This document shows, piece by piece, positions 1 to 8,708 of a stretch of 59,152 nt of DNA. Under the pieces are notes generated by a model. The model made no database searches. It saw nothing but the letters and a program-made list of their open reading frames with translations, and was not told the origin of the DNA. The stretch spans positions 1-59,152 of IMG/VR virus record IMGVR_UViG_3300043764_000029, one strand, 5' to 3'. The number at the start of each line of letters is the position of its first letter. Position 1 is the first letter of the stretch. The DNA is from a virus (lineage: Duplodnaviria > Caudoviricetes). Position numbers and translations under genes: made by a program.

Positions 1-787
1 CGAAATCAACCACCCACCACCTGGACCACGACGCGGGGATAGGGAACGGGTTGACGAGGTGGACCGCGGGGTCGAAGTCCTCGTAGATGAGGCCTTCGGC
101 GGCGACCCACAGTCCTTTGCGGAGTCGCTGGAAGCGGACGCCGGTGAGGCGTTCGAGTTTGGCGATGTAGGCGCGGCCGCGGGCGGTGAGGATGCCATCG
201 TTGGTGAAGAGGGTGGGGTTGTCCTCGTGGCGGCAGTGGATCATCAGGGTGTCGCCGCGGTCGCATCGCTGTTTGAGCCAGTGGGTGGGTGTGTCGGGGT
301 TGCAGTCGGCGATCAGCTGCTGGAAGGAGACTTTTCCGTTGCGGAGTCGGGTCGTGATGTTCTCCCAGTCGGTGACGGTGAGTTCGGTGGCTTCTTGGGC
401 GTAGACGACGTCGTACTCGGAAGACATGATCTTGGTGGGTTTGTCCATCCCGCCGATGATGATCGCCGACTTGTTGTTCACGTACCGGTACTGCGGCGGC
501 TCCTCCGCGCTGCCGCCGTAGAAGTACACGAGTCCAGCCGCGAGCGCCTCCTTGATCACGTGCTCGCGCCACGTCACCAGCGCCGTCGAGCCCAGCGACT
601 CCCTCGTCTTCCGGACGATCAGCCCGCGCATGCCCGGGTTGACGAGCGCCATCATGTGCAGCTTCTCCAGGCACGCCCGGGACTTCCCGGTGCCGGCCGG
701 GCCACTCAGCAGCACCTCGGCCGCGCGGGTGTGGAACGCCTCGAGTGCTGCGCCGCGCGGCTGGTAGCTGCGGACGGTGTTACTCAC
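1..787 (-). CDS. terL: Terminase large subunit, 5' part (runs off the window; absent from ORF track)
   Basis: Hand translation from GTG 787: VSNTVRSYQPRGAALEAF..LLSGPAGTGKS (Walker A)..SSEYDVVYAQEATE..TTRLRNG..HEDNP..WVAAEGLIYE; colinear with 54027..55346. Confidence 0.93.
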   Translation of the reverse strand, partial: MSNTVRSYQPRGAALEAFHTRAAEVLLSGPAGTGKSRACLEKLHMMALVNPGMRGLIVRKTRESLGSTALVTWREHVIKEALAAGLVYFYGGSAEEPPQYRYVNNKSAIIIGGMDKPTKIMSSEYDVVYAQEATELTVTDWENITTRLRNGKVSFQQLIADCNPDTPTHWLKQRCDRGDTLMIHCRHEDNPTLFTNDGILTARGRAYIAKLERLTGVRFQRLRKGLWVAAEGLIYEDFDPAVHLVNPFPIPASWSRWWVVDF

Positions 788-1002
788 GCTGGGCCATCTC
801 CAGGGGATCCGTTGCGAAGTCGGGTGGTGGTGTTCCCGGGGGCGCGGCGCCGCGCGGCTGGTAACGGCGCAACTCGGCTGCGGTGCTCACCCGCGCCACC
901 AGCGGGGCTTGTGGCGGCACTTCTGCCACCACCAGAGAAGCCGAGCGTCCCGGTGGCAGTAGAACCTGAACCCGTGGGCGGCAAGCCAGCGCCGCAGACC
1001 AA

Positions 1003-1299
1003 TCACCGTTGCTCCTGGCGGTAGTTCTCGTTGGCGGGCGTGCCGTTCCCGGCCGGGATGCCGCGCGCCGCACAGCAGGCCGCACAGCGCGGTGCCCCGA
1101 GTCGGCTGGGCATGCCGGGCATGGACCAGCGGCGCCGCAGGGTGCAGGCGGCGTGCAGGACTGGTCGGGTGCCGTGGTCGATGTGGTCGCGCATCTGCTC
1201 TGGGGCCAGCAGTCCACCATGGATGGCGTGGAGGCGTCGCCACTTGCCGCAGGTCAGCCACCAGTGCCCGTGGTTCTCCGCGATCGGGTGCGAGGTCAC
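1003..1299 (-). CDS. Cys-containing phage hypothetical protein
   Basis: Near-identical copy at 56591..56887; coupled overlaps. Confidence 0.75.
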   Translation of the reverse strand: MTSHPIAENHGHWWLTCGKWRRLHAIHGGLLAPEQMRDHIDHGTRPVLHAACTLRRRWSMPGMPSRLGAPRCAACCAARGIPAGNGTPANENYRQEQR

Positions 1300-1301
1300 C
1301 G

Positions 1302-1591
1302 CTACCTCCCCGCCAGCAGCGGCAGCGCCAGCAGGACCACGGCGGCCACCAGGCCGGCGAAGAAGCCGAACTTCGCGACGCCGGGCGGGATGCCGAACTC
1401 TGGGCGGCCCCAGATCAGGCGGTGCTTGCTCATCGCTGCTGCTCCCATGTGTACCGGCGCCGGTCGGCGGTGTTTCCCCTGATCAGCGCGACTGCGAACC
1501 AGCCCCACCAGGCCCGGAGGATGGTGACGTTGCTGCGGTACCAGCCCGGTCGCTTCTGGAACGGGCCGCTGACCTCGAACTCGACGATCAC
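1302..1591 (-). CDS. Two small coupled ORFs (1430..1591, 53 aa; 1302..1433, 43 aa with TM helix)
   Basis: Conserved in the right copy 56890..57179; GTGA/ATGA overlaps. Confidence 0.6.
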
Positions 1592-1964
1592 GAGGCGCCC
1601 TCGGTCCCGTCGGCGCCGACCGGTCGGAAGACCGTCAGTTCGGCACCGCGCGGCAGCACGAGGAGAGGCACGTCGCCGACTAGGTCCCGCCACCGGGCGC
1701 TCAGTTCGGCTGCCTGCTGCGCCGTCAGGTTGTGGCCGACGGTCAGTGCGAACAGGTCGCCGGGGCGGACTTCGACGCGGCGAAGCTCGCCCGCCTCGAT
1801 GCGCAGTGTCTCGTCGCTCACTGGCCCTCCTCGTCGATGGCGTCGCCCATGGCGCAGCCCGAGCAGCCGCGTCGTCCGCATGTGCAGCAGCCTGGGCAGT
1901 CGCCGAGGCACCAGCCGCCGCAGGGCGTGTGCTGGTAGTCGGCGGGTGGTGGTTCGTCGCTCAC
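1588..1964 (-). CDS. Two small coupled ORFs (1818..1964 Cys-rich; 1588..1821)
   Basis: GTGA overlaps chain them between neighbouring genes. Confidence 0.55.
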
Positions 1965-2347
1965 GGCTGCTGCTCCCATCCGTAGGCCTCGGCGAGCAGC
2001 AGCACCGTCCGACACGGCCAGTCGACCGTCTCGTGGAAGGCGTGGCCGCGCCCGTTGGTCTCCTCTGACGGCCTGCCGCAGGTCGAGCAGTCCCCGCCGT
2101 CGTTGGCGTGCTCGGCGAGGATCTGCCGGTCCGCCGCCACCCGACGCAGAACGGACTCCGGGTCGTGCAGCACGATGTGCTCGGCCGTCGGCGTCTCGGT
2201 CTCCAGCAGGTGCGAAGTCTCGTCGAGCACCCAGGAGTCGCCGAGCTTGTCACCCCGAACCGCCTGCCAGCGGTGGCCGGACGCTTCCCGCGCGATCCGC
2301 TCGATCCGGTCGAGCACCTTCTCCAACCGCGCCGCAATGTCGCTCAC
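1961..2347 (-). CDS. DUF6221-like phage protein
   Basis: HIVLHDPESVLRRVAADRQIL..WPCRTVLLLAEAYG signature. Confidence 0.75.
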   Translation of the reverse strand: MSDIAARLEKVLDRIERIAREASGHRWQAVRGDKLGDSWVLDETSHLLETETPTAEHIVLHDPESVLRRVAADRQILAEHANDGGDCSTCGRPSEETNGRGHAFHETVDWPCRTVLLLAEAYGWEQQP

Positions 2348-3002
2348 GGTCGTTCCTCCCCGTACAGGGCCGCGAGCAGCCGCCGCACGGGCACGGCCTC
2401 GTCCTCGCGGTACTGCCGCGCCACCTTCCGCACGCGCTGCAGCGTGGCCTCGGTCTCCCGCATCCGGGCCAGCTCCGGCATGAACGCCCTGCGCAGGATG
2501 CCGGCGGCGATGCGGCGCTGGTGGTCGCCGGTCGCGTCGATGCAGCGCCGTTCCGGCCAGGGGATGTCCTGGATTGCGGCTTCGATGCGGTCGCGCGCGG
2601 CGCGGTTGCTGCTCGGCAGGATGTGGGGCAGGTCGTTCACTGCTTCACCTTCGGGTCGATCAGGTCGGCGGCCGCCCGGACCGCGTTGCCCTGCAAGATG
2701 GTCTCGTGGTCCAGGGACCCGTGCTTGGCCAGCTCGGCTCTCTCGTACGCGGCCTGCCAGGCGCGCTGCTTCTCGGCGAGCCCGTGCACGAATGCGTCGA
2801 GTTCCTCGGCCGCGTCCTTCAAGTCCTCCGCGAGCGGGCCGCAGTTGTAGTGGCCGCCGCATGTCGAGCCGCCCGCGATCAGCTTGATCAGCTCGTCGCG
2901 CTTGCTCACCACCGGCTCCGCTTCACCCGGGCCGACGTAGATCGCCGTATTCCAGGGCCCGTCACTGCCCAGGAGGGGACCGATGCCCTCGAACCCGCTC
3001 AC
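2344..3002 (-). CDS. Two hypothetical proteins (2637..3002; 2344..2640)
   Basis: 2637..3002 is nearly identical to 57977..58342; GTGA coupling. Confidence 0.65.
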
Positions 3003-3208
3003 CGCTGCTCCCCCGCCCCGCCGGCCAGCCAGCGTTCGACGTCGCTACGCCGGTACCTGATCTGGCCACCCGGCTTCGTGAACGGGATGCCGATCCCCAG
3101 GCACCGGTGGTTCGCGAGCGTCTTACGGCTCAGCTTCGTGAGCGCCGCCGTCTCCGCCGGGGTCAGCCACTCCTCCGAGTCAGCCACCGATACCTCCGCA
3201 GTCATCAA
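2999..3208 (-). CDS. Excisionase/AlpA-like HTH protein
   Basis: WLTPAETAALTKLSRKTLANHR..IPFTKPGGQIRYRRSDVERWL. Confidence 0.8.
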   Translation of the reverse strand: MMTAEVSVADSEEWLTPAETAALTKLSRKTLANHRCLGIGIPFTKPGGQIRYRRSDVERWLAGGAGEQR

Positions 3209-3349
3209 GTGATACTGCGGGAAGTGTGATGACCGCCCGGGACAACTACCGCAGCTGCCCAGCCGCTCACCGACGCGGATTGTCCCGACCGATGTCCAAC
3301 CCGAGCACGAACGCCAGAACCACCGCGACCAGCCACCACACCAGCGCCG

Positions 3350-3850
3350 TCACCGCAGCTGCTCCATGTCCACACCCACCACCTCGTACGTCAGCCCACC
3401 CGAAACCTGCGCCTTCACCGGCTGGTCCAGGCCCAGCAGCTTCCGCCGCGACTCGCTGATCCGCACCAGTCGATCGATCGCCTGCAACACCGGCCCGTCG
3501 TCCGGCAGCGGCACACCGTCCAGCTCGATGACCTTGCCGTTCGACACGGTGATGTGCCGTGCCTCCAGCACCTTCAACGCCGCCTGGTAGAGATGGTCGA
3601 GCCGCTCCAGCTCGAACGCGACGGCAGCGGCAGCCGGCTCGGCAACGATCTCGGAGAGGGCCCGTTGCACTGCGTCGTGGGCCGCGCGAACGTCGTACCC
3701 CATCTCGGCAGCGATCTGCCGGTAGCTCTTGCCTTCGGCTCGGAGCTGGGCGGCCTTGGCGTCGCGCTCGGCGGTCTCGGGAGTGCGGATGAATCGGCCG
3801 CTCGGTCCCCGTGTTGAGTCGGTCTGGCGTTGAGCTGGCTGGTCGTCCAT
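3350..3850 (-). CDS. terS: Putative terminase small subunit
   Basis: N-terminal HTH (GKSYRQIAAEMGY), RRKLLGLDQP motif, position upstream of terL. Confidence 0.75.
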   Translation of the reverse strand: MDDQPAQRQTDSTRGPSGRFIRTPETAERDAKAAQLRAEGKSYRQIAAEMGYDVRAAHDAVQRALSEIVAEPAAAAVAFELERLDHLYQAALKVLEARHITVSNGKVIELDGVPLPDDGPVLQAIDRLVRISESRRKLLGLDQPVKAQVSGGLTYEVVGVDMEQLR

Positions 3851-4024
3851 GCTGCCTCCCCTCGTCGCCCGAGGCTACGGGCCGCATGGGTCAGCCCCCG
3901 GAACCGTCGTCCCGGGGGCTGCGCGTGGACCACCCATCCACAACCGTCACCGCGGTGCCGCCCTCGGGGGAGGTTGGCGGCCCGCAGTGCCTCACGTCGG
4001 AGGGTGGCAGGCGGCCGGGACAGG

Positions 4025-4117
4025 TCAGCGCCGGTTGGAGCGGATGGCGGCGGTTATGGCCCAGATGATGGCGGCCAGGATGGCGAGGGCGATGACGACA
4101 TAGTGCCAGGGTTCCAC
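4025..4117 (-). CDS. 30-aa single-TM protein
   Basis: GAGGAG RBS, GTG start, VEPWHYVVIALAILAAIIWAITAAIRSNRR. Confidence 0.5.
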   Translation of the reverse strand: MEPWHYVVIALAILAAIIWAITAAIRSNRR

Positions 4118-4203
4118 GGTGTCTCCTCTGCGGGATGGGCGGCGCTCATCCTTCCGCATGTGGTGTCACTGTGGCGGGTGGTTCGGGAATGCTGTGGCGG
4201 CGT

Positions 4204-4602
4204 TCAGGCGTCGGGTGCCCACTCGGGCCGGTACTGGGAGTGCCCGTGGAACGGCAGCGCGAGAACTCGCAGTATCCACTCGGCGCGTGAGCGTTCGGGC
4301 TCGTCGCGCCGAATCATGTGTCCGCACTCTGCGATGATGCGCCGTTTGGTGTCGACCTCGGCCAGCACCCTCGCGGGATCGTGGCGGGCGATGTGTCCAG
4401 CGCAGTCGCCATGCATGAAGCCATTTGGGTCAACGGCCACGACGATGTGCCCGGCCCGCACTCCCTCTCCGCCGTCCTCGTCGGCCGACCATTCGGTGTA
4501 GCCGTCGCTGTTGTCGAGGCAGCGGGTTGAGCTCTTGGCACCGAGGGCCCAGCGCTCGTCTTCGTCGAGGCGGGCTCTCAGAAAGTCCACGAGATCCATC
4601 AT
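4204..4602 (-). CDS. DUF6221-like phage protein
   Basis: DLVDFLRARLDEDE..HIARHDPARVLAEVDTKRRI..LRVLALPF..YRPEWAP. Confidence 0.85.
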   Translation of the reverse strand: MMDLVDFLRARLDEDERWALGAKSSTRCLDNSDGYTEWSADEDGGEGVRAGHIVVAVDPNGFMHGDCAGHIARHDPARVLAEVDTKRRIIAECGHMIRRDEPERSRAEWILRVLALPFHGHSQYRPEWAPDA

Positions 4603-5294
4603 CGCTCGGCCTCCTTCAGCACGCTCTGCACAGCCATGAGGCTACGGCCCACCTCGACCGCTATCTTCCTCTGAGACATCCCGTTCTGGCTGAGCTTCCA
4701 GATTCGCGTCTTCTCTTCGTTGCTGAGCTTCGTCTTCTGCAGGCCGCGCTCCGCTCTTGCCTCGCGCTGCCGAGCGGCGCTCCGCTCGTTCTCACACTGC
4801 CGACAGCGATCTCTCGGACGGCCCTTGTCGGTCACGACCGCCCGGTTGTCTCCCTCCTTGGCATGGCCTTTTGCACAGTGGGACTTCCGGGGCGGTCGGT
4901 ACGTTCTGCCACGCGTGACGGCGTCGCGCGTGTTCTCAACGACCGTGCCGGGGTAGAGGTGGGCAGGGTTGACGCATGGCGGGTTGTCGCAGTGGTGGAG
5001 GATCCACAGACCATCTGGGATCGGCCCGTTGGCCTGTTGCCAGGAGTACCGGTGCGCGGGGGTCTTGCCCCAACGTCCGTAGCCCTGCTTGTCTCGCGGT
5101 TCGGTCCAGAGCCAGCATCCGTGTTCGTGGGTCTTGATGACCTTGTCCCAGAACTTCACAGTGAATCGGGGTGCGGTGCCCCGCTCGTCTTTCGGGGTGT
5201 GGCTGAGCCAGCGGCTGTAGCAGCGGGTACACATGCCGCGCGTCAGCTTGTCGGTCCGGCCGCATTGCTCAGTTGAGCAGGTCCGTTCTTCCAT
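4599..5294 (-). CDS. HNH homing endonuclease with C-terminal HTH
   Basis: CWLWT..AHRYSW..ILHHCDNPPCVNPAHLYPGTVVEN; THC-x2-GH-like Zn motif; SQRKIAVEVGRS HTH. Confidence 0.88.
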   Translation of the reverse strand: MEERTCSTEQCGRTDKLTRGMCTRCYSRWLSHTPKDERGTAPRFTVKFWDKVIKTHEHGCWLWTEPRDKQGYGRWGKTPAHRYSWQQANGPIPDGLWILHHCDNPPCVNPAHLYPGTVVENTRDAVTRGRTYRPPRKSHCAKGHAKEGDNRAVVTDKGRPRDRCRQCENERSAARQREARAERGLQKTKLSNEEKTRIWKLSQNGMSQRKIAVEVGRSLMAVQSVLKEAER

Positions 5295-5352
5295 GTCGGC
5301 TCCATCTCGTAGTGGTGGCCGCCCCGGCAGGTGTCGGGGCGGCCGTGTCGGT

Positions 5353-5582
5353 TCAGCGGTCGGCGGGGTGGCAGGTGTGGCCGGGTTCGGCCCACCAGCC
5401 GCAGTTCGGGCAGGTGGACCAGGCGGCGGTAAGGGCCGCGAGCAGGCGGTGGATCACCGGTGTCTCCGGAGGCGGTTGGCGGCGTGGACGGCGGTTTCGA
5501 GGAGCCACGTGAGGCCCCAGTAGCCCGCCACGGCACCCGCGATGATCAGGGTGAGGATGAGCGCGACGACGGCACGATCCAT
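5353..5582 (-). CDS. Two small ORFs (5454..5582, TM, 42 aa; 5353..5457, CPNC, 34 aa)
   Basis: Hand translation; GTGA coupling. Confidence 0.45.
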
Positions 5583-5609
5583 GGCGGACTTCCGGGGTAG
5601 TTGGGGTTC

Positions 5610-5670
5610 CTAGGGCCCGGCTAGGGCTGCTAAGCGGCTAGTGTTTGTGCAGCTCATAGGGCGCTAGGCC
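5610..5670. repeat. Cluster of (C/A)TAGGGC-type 7-mer direct repeats (clt-like)
   Basis: ctagggc 5610 and 5621, ctaagcg 5630, ctagtgt 5638, atagggc 5656, ctaggcc 5664. Confidence 0.6.
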
Positions 5671-6218
5671 GGTTCGGCGAGGGGCTCGGGCCTCTCCTGG
5701 GGGAGGGCCAGCGGCTGGAGGTCGTCGCGGTGGATGCCGGCGCGGTTGCGGCCGTCGAGGTAGAGCTGGGAGCGGACGGGGATGCCGTACGCCTCGTACT
5801 GGCGGCGGAGGGTGGGGGCGTCCCACTCAGTCATGCCTTGGGCGTGGAGTTCCTCGGCGATGTCGGCGAGGTGGACGCCCTTCCGGTCGGCCAGCTTGTA
5901 GCCGAGGAGCCGCATGAACTCGGACCGGACGTGGTCGGGGTCGAGGTTCTCCGGGCGCTTGGCGCTGGGGTGTTCCGTGGCCGGGCCGGCTGGGGCAGCG
6001 GCGGCTCGCCAGGCGGCGATGCACCAGGCGCAGGTTCCGCCGACGAGCCAGAGCGGCGCTTGGTGGGCCAGGTCGAGGACGTACGGCGCGAGCCACGCGG
6101 CGATGCCGACGCGGGCCACGGCGGCGACGGGTCGGCCCTGGGGCACGAAGGCCCGGCCGATGCGCCCAGCGACGATCTGGGAGCCGCTGTAGAGCCGGTT
6201 GGCGGCGCGGGCGGTCAT
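5664..6218 (-). CDS. Membrane protein with TraB-like C-terminal winged-helix domain, no ATPase
   Basis: Two hydrophobic segments, then GVHLADIAEELH..WDAPTLRRQYEAYGIPV..DGRNRAGIHRDDL. Confidence 0.55.
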   Translation of the reverse strand: MTARAANRLYSGSQIVAGRIGRAFVPQGRPVAAVARVGIAAWLAPYVLDLAHQAPLWLVGGTCAWCIAAWRAAAAPAGPATEHPSAKRPENLDPDHVRSEFMRLLGYKLADRKGVHLADIAEELHAQGMTEWDAPTLRRQYEAYGIPVRSQLYLDGRNRAGIHRDDLQPLALPQERPEPLAEPA

Positions 6219-6763
6219 GCTTGGCCGCCGAGGAACACGCCGAGCTGGTTGGCGGCGGGGATGAGGACGGCGGCGGTGAGGCCGGCGGCTCCGGCCGAGA
6301 GGCCGAGGGTGCAGCCGCACCAGACGCCGGAGGCCATCTGGCCCTTGGCGCGCTTGTCGAGGATCTTGCGGAGGATGAGGACAGCGACGACGAGGAGTGC
6401 GGTGACCATGCCGCCGTACTGGGTGAGGGTGGCGGCGGCGTGCCGGGTGACGCCGGTGGTGGTGCCTCCGGAGCCGGCAGCGAGGACCTTGTCCCCTGCG
6501 GCGTTGCTGAAGCCGACGATCTTCCCCGCGATGCTGCCGAGTACGCCGCCGGGGCAGGCGATGGCGAGCATGCCGAGGATGGCGCCTAGCGCGAACGGGG
6601 CGTGGTCGCGGATGTTGAACTTCCCGGTGCCGTGGTGGTGTTCGTGGTCGCCGCCGGGCCGGCCGACCTTCTTCATGGCTGCGGCCCAGACGGCGGGGAG
6701 GAACTGGCGGAGGAGCAGGGCGAGGCCGATGAACAGGCCGCCGAGGGTGATGGTGACGGTCAC
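6215..6763 (-). CDS. Multi-TM membrane protein
   Basis: About 4 hydrophobic segments; GTGA/ATGA coupling. Confidence 0.75.
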   Translation of the reverse strand: MTVTITLGGLFIGLALLLRQFLPAVWAAAMKKVGRPGGDHEHHHGTGKFNIRDHAPFALGAILGMLAIACPGGVLGSIAGKIVGFSNAAGDKVLAAGSGGTTTGVTRHAAATLTQYGGMVTALLVVAVLILRKILDKRAKGQMASGVWCGCTLGLSAGAAGLTAAVLIPAANQLGVFLGGQA

Positions 6764-7205
6764 GGGTGGGCTCCGGTGGTGAAGGTGAGGACCGCGTGGG
6801 CGGCGGCCGGACTGACGGCTAGCGCGGTGACGGGGACGAACAGCGTGGCGCGGGTGGGCCAGCACGGGAGGACCCAGTTGGCGGCGCCGGCCGCGAGGAG
6901 CGCGGCGGCGGTGAGGCCGAGGGGTGCGAGTGGCCCGGCGCTGGTGGACGCGGTGAGTGCGTGGGCCCACGGAATGGCGGCGGTGAGACTGCCGAGGGCG
7001 GCGGTGGCGTTGTAGCCGGGCCGGAGCCGGGCAAGGTCGATCTGGGGCATGGTCAGCTCCAGGTGATGATCAGGCAGATGCAGGTGGCCCAGAGGACGGT
7101 GACGGCGGCGTACCGGATGGTCTGCTGACCGGGTTGGTCGGCGACGCGATAGAGGCCGGCGAGCGCGAGGAGGGCGGCGCACGCGAATGCGGCGATGGCG
7201 GCCAT
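6760..7205 (-). CDS. Two small hydrophobic proteins (7053..7205; 6760..7050)
   Basis: Ala/Leu-rich TM segments, RBS, operon spacing. Confidence 0.65.
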
Positions 7206-7216
7206 GGGGTGTCCCT

Positions 7217-8212
7217 TCAACCTGCGACGCGGCGGCGGGTGCGCTCGACCGTGTCGGGGTTGACGTCGTGTCCGTGGACGCGGCGGACAGCGGCGAGGAC
7301 AGCGTCCGGCTTGTCCAGGCCGGCGCGGACAGCGCGGCGGACAGTGTCCGCGATCGACTTGTCCGTATTGGTGCCGCCGATCGGGAGGATCCGGGCTGAG
7401 CTGGTGTCCTGCTGTCCGGACACGGCGCGGACGGTGTCCGGGTCGGTGTCGAATCCGGCGGTGGTGAGGGCGTCGGCGATGTCCTCGGGGCTGGCGCCGG
7501 GCATGGTGGCGAGTGCCGCGGCGATGGCTGTCCGAATGTCGGCGGACACTGGGGGACGCTGTTTGCCAGGCTTGTCCGGGCCGTCCCCATCGGTGTCCTC
7601 GGGTGCCAGCGGGGCGGGGAGCATGAGCGGCGCGCGGCGGGTGATCTGCCGTTGCATGTCGATCCGGCTGACGGCCACGTCGAAGTCGGCAAGGTCTTCG
7701 GCCTGGCGGAGTTCGCCGTCGCGGCGGATGCGGGCGAGCTTCGCGGCGTGCTCGGCGTCTTCGCGTGCCTGGTCTGCGGCGGCGCGGGCGGTGATGTGCC
7801 GGGCCTGGCGGAGGACGTCGTTGACCTCGTCCTGCTGCTCGGTGGTGAGCGCGGTGGGGTCGGCGGTGAGTTGGGCGTCGACGTGCCAGAAGAGCTCGGC
7901 GGCGAGCGGGGGGACGACGGCGACGATGCCGCCCCACCCGTAGGTGCCGAATCCGTGGACGGCGAGGATGGCGAGGGTTCCGGCGAGGCCGGCGAGCATC
8001 GCGACGCAGGTGAGCTTTGTGCGCTGGGCCCGGTAGGCGAGCATTCCGCCGACCCACAGGCCTTCCGCGCCGGTTCCGGCGGTGATGGCGACGGGGCCGA
8101 CGCCGAGGAGGTCCCAGACGCTGTAGAGGGTCCATGCGGCGCTGGCGGCGGTGAAGATGGCGGCGATGATGCGTGGGGCGTGGTGCTTGAGGGTACGGGT
8201 GCGGCTGACCAT
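7217..8212 (-). CDS. SpdB-like membrane protein (4 TM, coiled coil, C-terminal helical domain)
   Basis: Architecture matches Streptomyces plasmid spread proteins; AGGAG RBS. Confidence 0.6.
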   Translation of the reverse strand: MVSRTRTLKHHAPRIIAAIFTAASAAWTLYSVWDLLGVGPVAITAGTGAEGLWVGGMLAYRAQRTKLTCVAMLAGLAGTLAILAVHGFGTYGWGGIVAVVPPLAAELFWHVDAQLTADPTALTTEQQDEVNDVLRQARHITARAAADQAREDAEHAAKLARIRRDGELRQAEDLADFDVAVSRIDMQRQITRRAPLMLPAPLAPEDTDGDGPDKPGKQRPPVSADIRTAIAAALATMPGASPEDIADALTTAGFDTDPDTVRAVSGQQDTSSARILPIGGTNTDKSIADTVRRAVRAGLDKPDAVLAAVRRVHGHDVNPDTVERTRRRVAG

Positions 8213-8291
8213 GGGAGGTCTGATCTCCTGTGGTTGGGGGCCGGGCCGCGAGTGGAGTCGCGAGCCCGGCTCGTTGGCGTCGGGAAGGCGG

Positions 8292-8684
8292 TCAGCCTTC
8301 GTGGATGAGCTGGCCGTAGTCGTCGCGGGGGCAGTCGCAGCCGCACGCACAGTCCGCGTGGTCGGGGCCGACGCCGTAGCAGTGGCAGCTGCCTTCCCCG
8401 CACGGCTCGCGGTCGTCGTCCTCGAAGTCGTCGTCCTCGTCGATCAGGGCGTTGGCGCAGCGCCCGCCGTCCTCAGCGTCGACGAAGTCCAGGTCACAGC
8501 CAGTGCCACAGTCCTGGCAGCCGTAGCTGTTGCAGCCGTCGACGGCGCAGCCGGAGAAGTAGGCGACTCCACCGCAGTCGGGGCATCCGCGCTCGTCGGG
8601 CACGGTGTGCTCCGAGAACGGGTTGAGGATGCTGGCCTCGGTAGGGCCGCTGGGAAGGTTGACGGTGAACTTGATCTCGCTCAC
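8292..8684 (-). CDS. Cys-rich acidic protein
   Basis: Several CxxC pairs and an Asp/Glu tract. Confidence 0.65.
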   Translation of the reverse strand: MSEIKFTVNLPSGPTEASILNPFSEHTVPDERGCPDCGGVAYFSGCAVDGCNSYGCQDCGTGCDLDFVDAEDGGRCANALIDEDDDFEDDDREPCGEGSCHCYGVGPDHADCACGCDCPRDDYGQLIHEG

Positions 8685-8708
8685 GAAGGTTGCTCCTTGG
8701 GATTGCGG

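Noticed and set aside
6-1024. ORF-track calls 6..674 (-) and 59..1024 (+)
   Set aside because: The real gene is terL in another minus frame, missed because it has no stop inside the window
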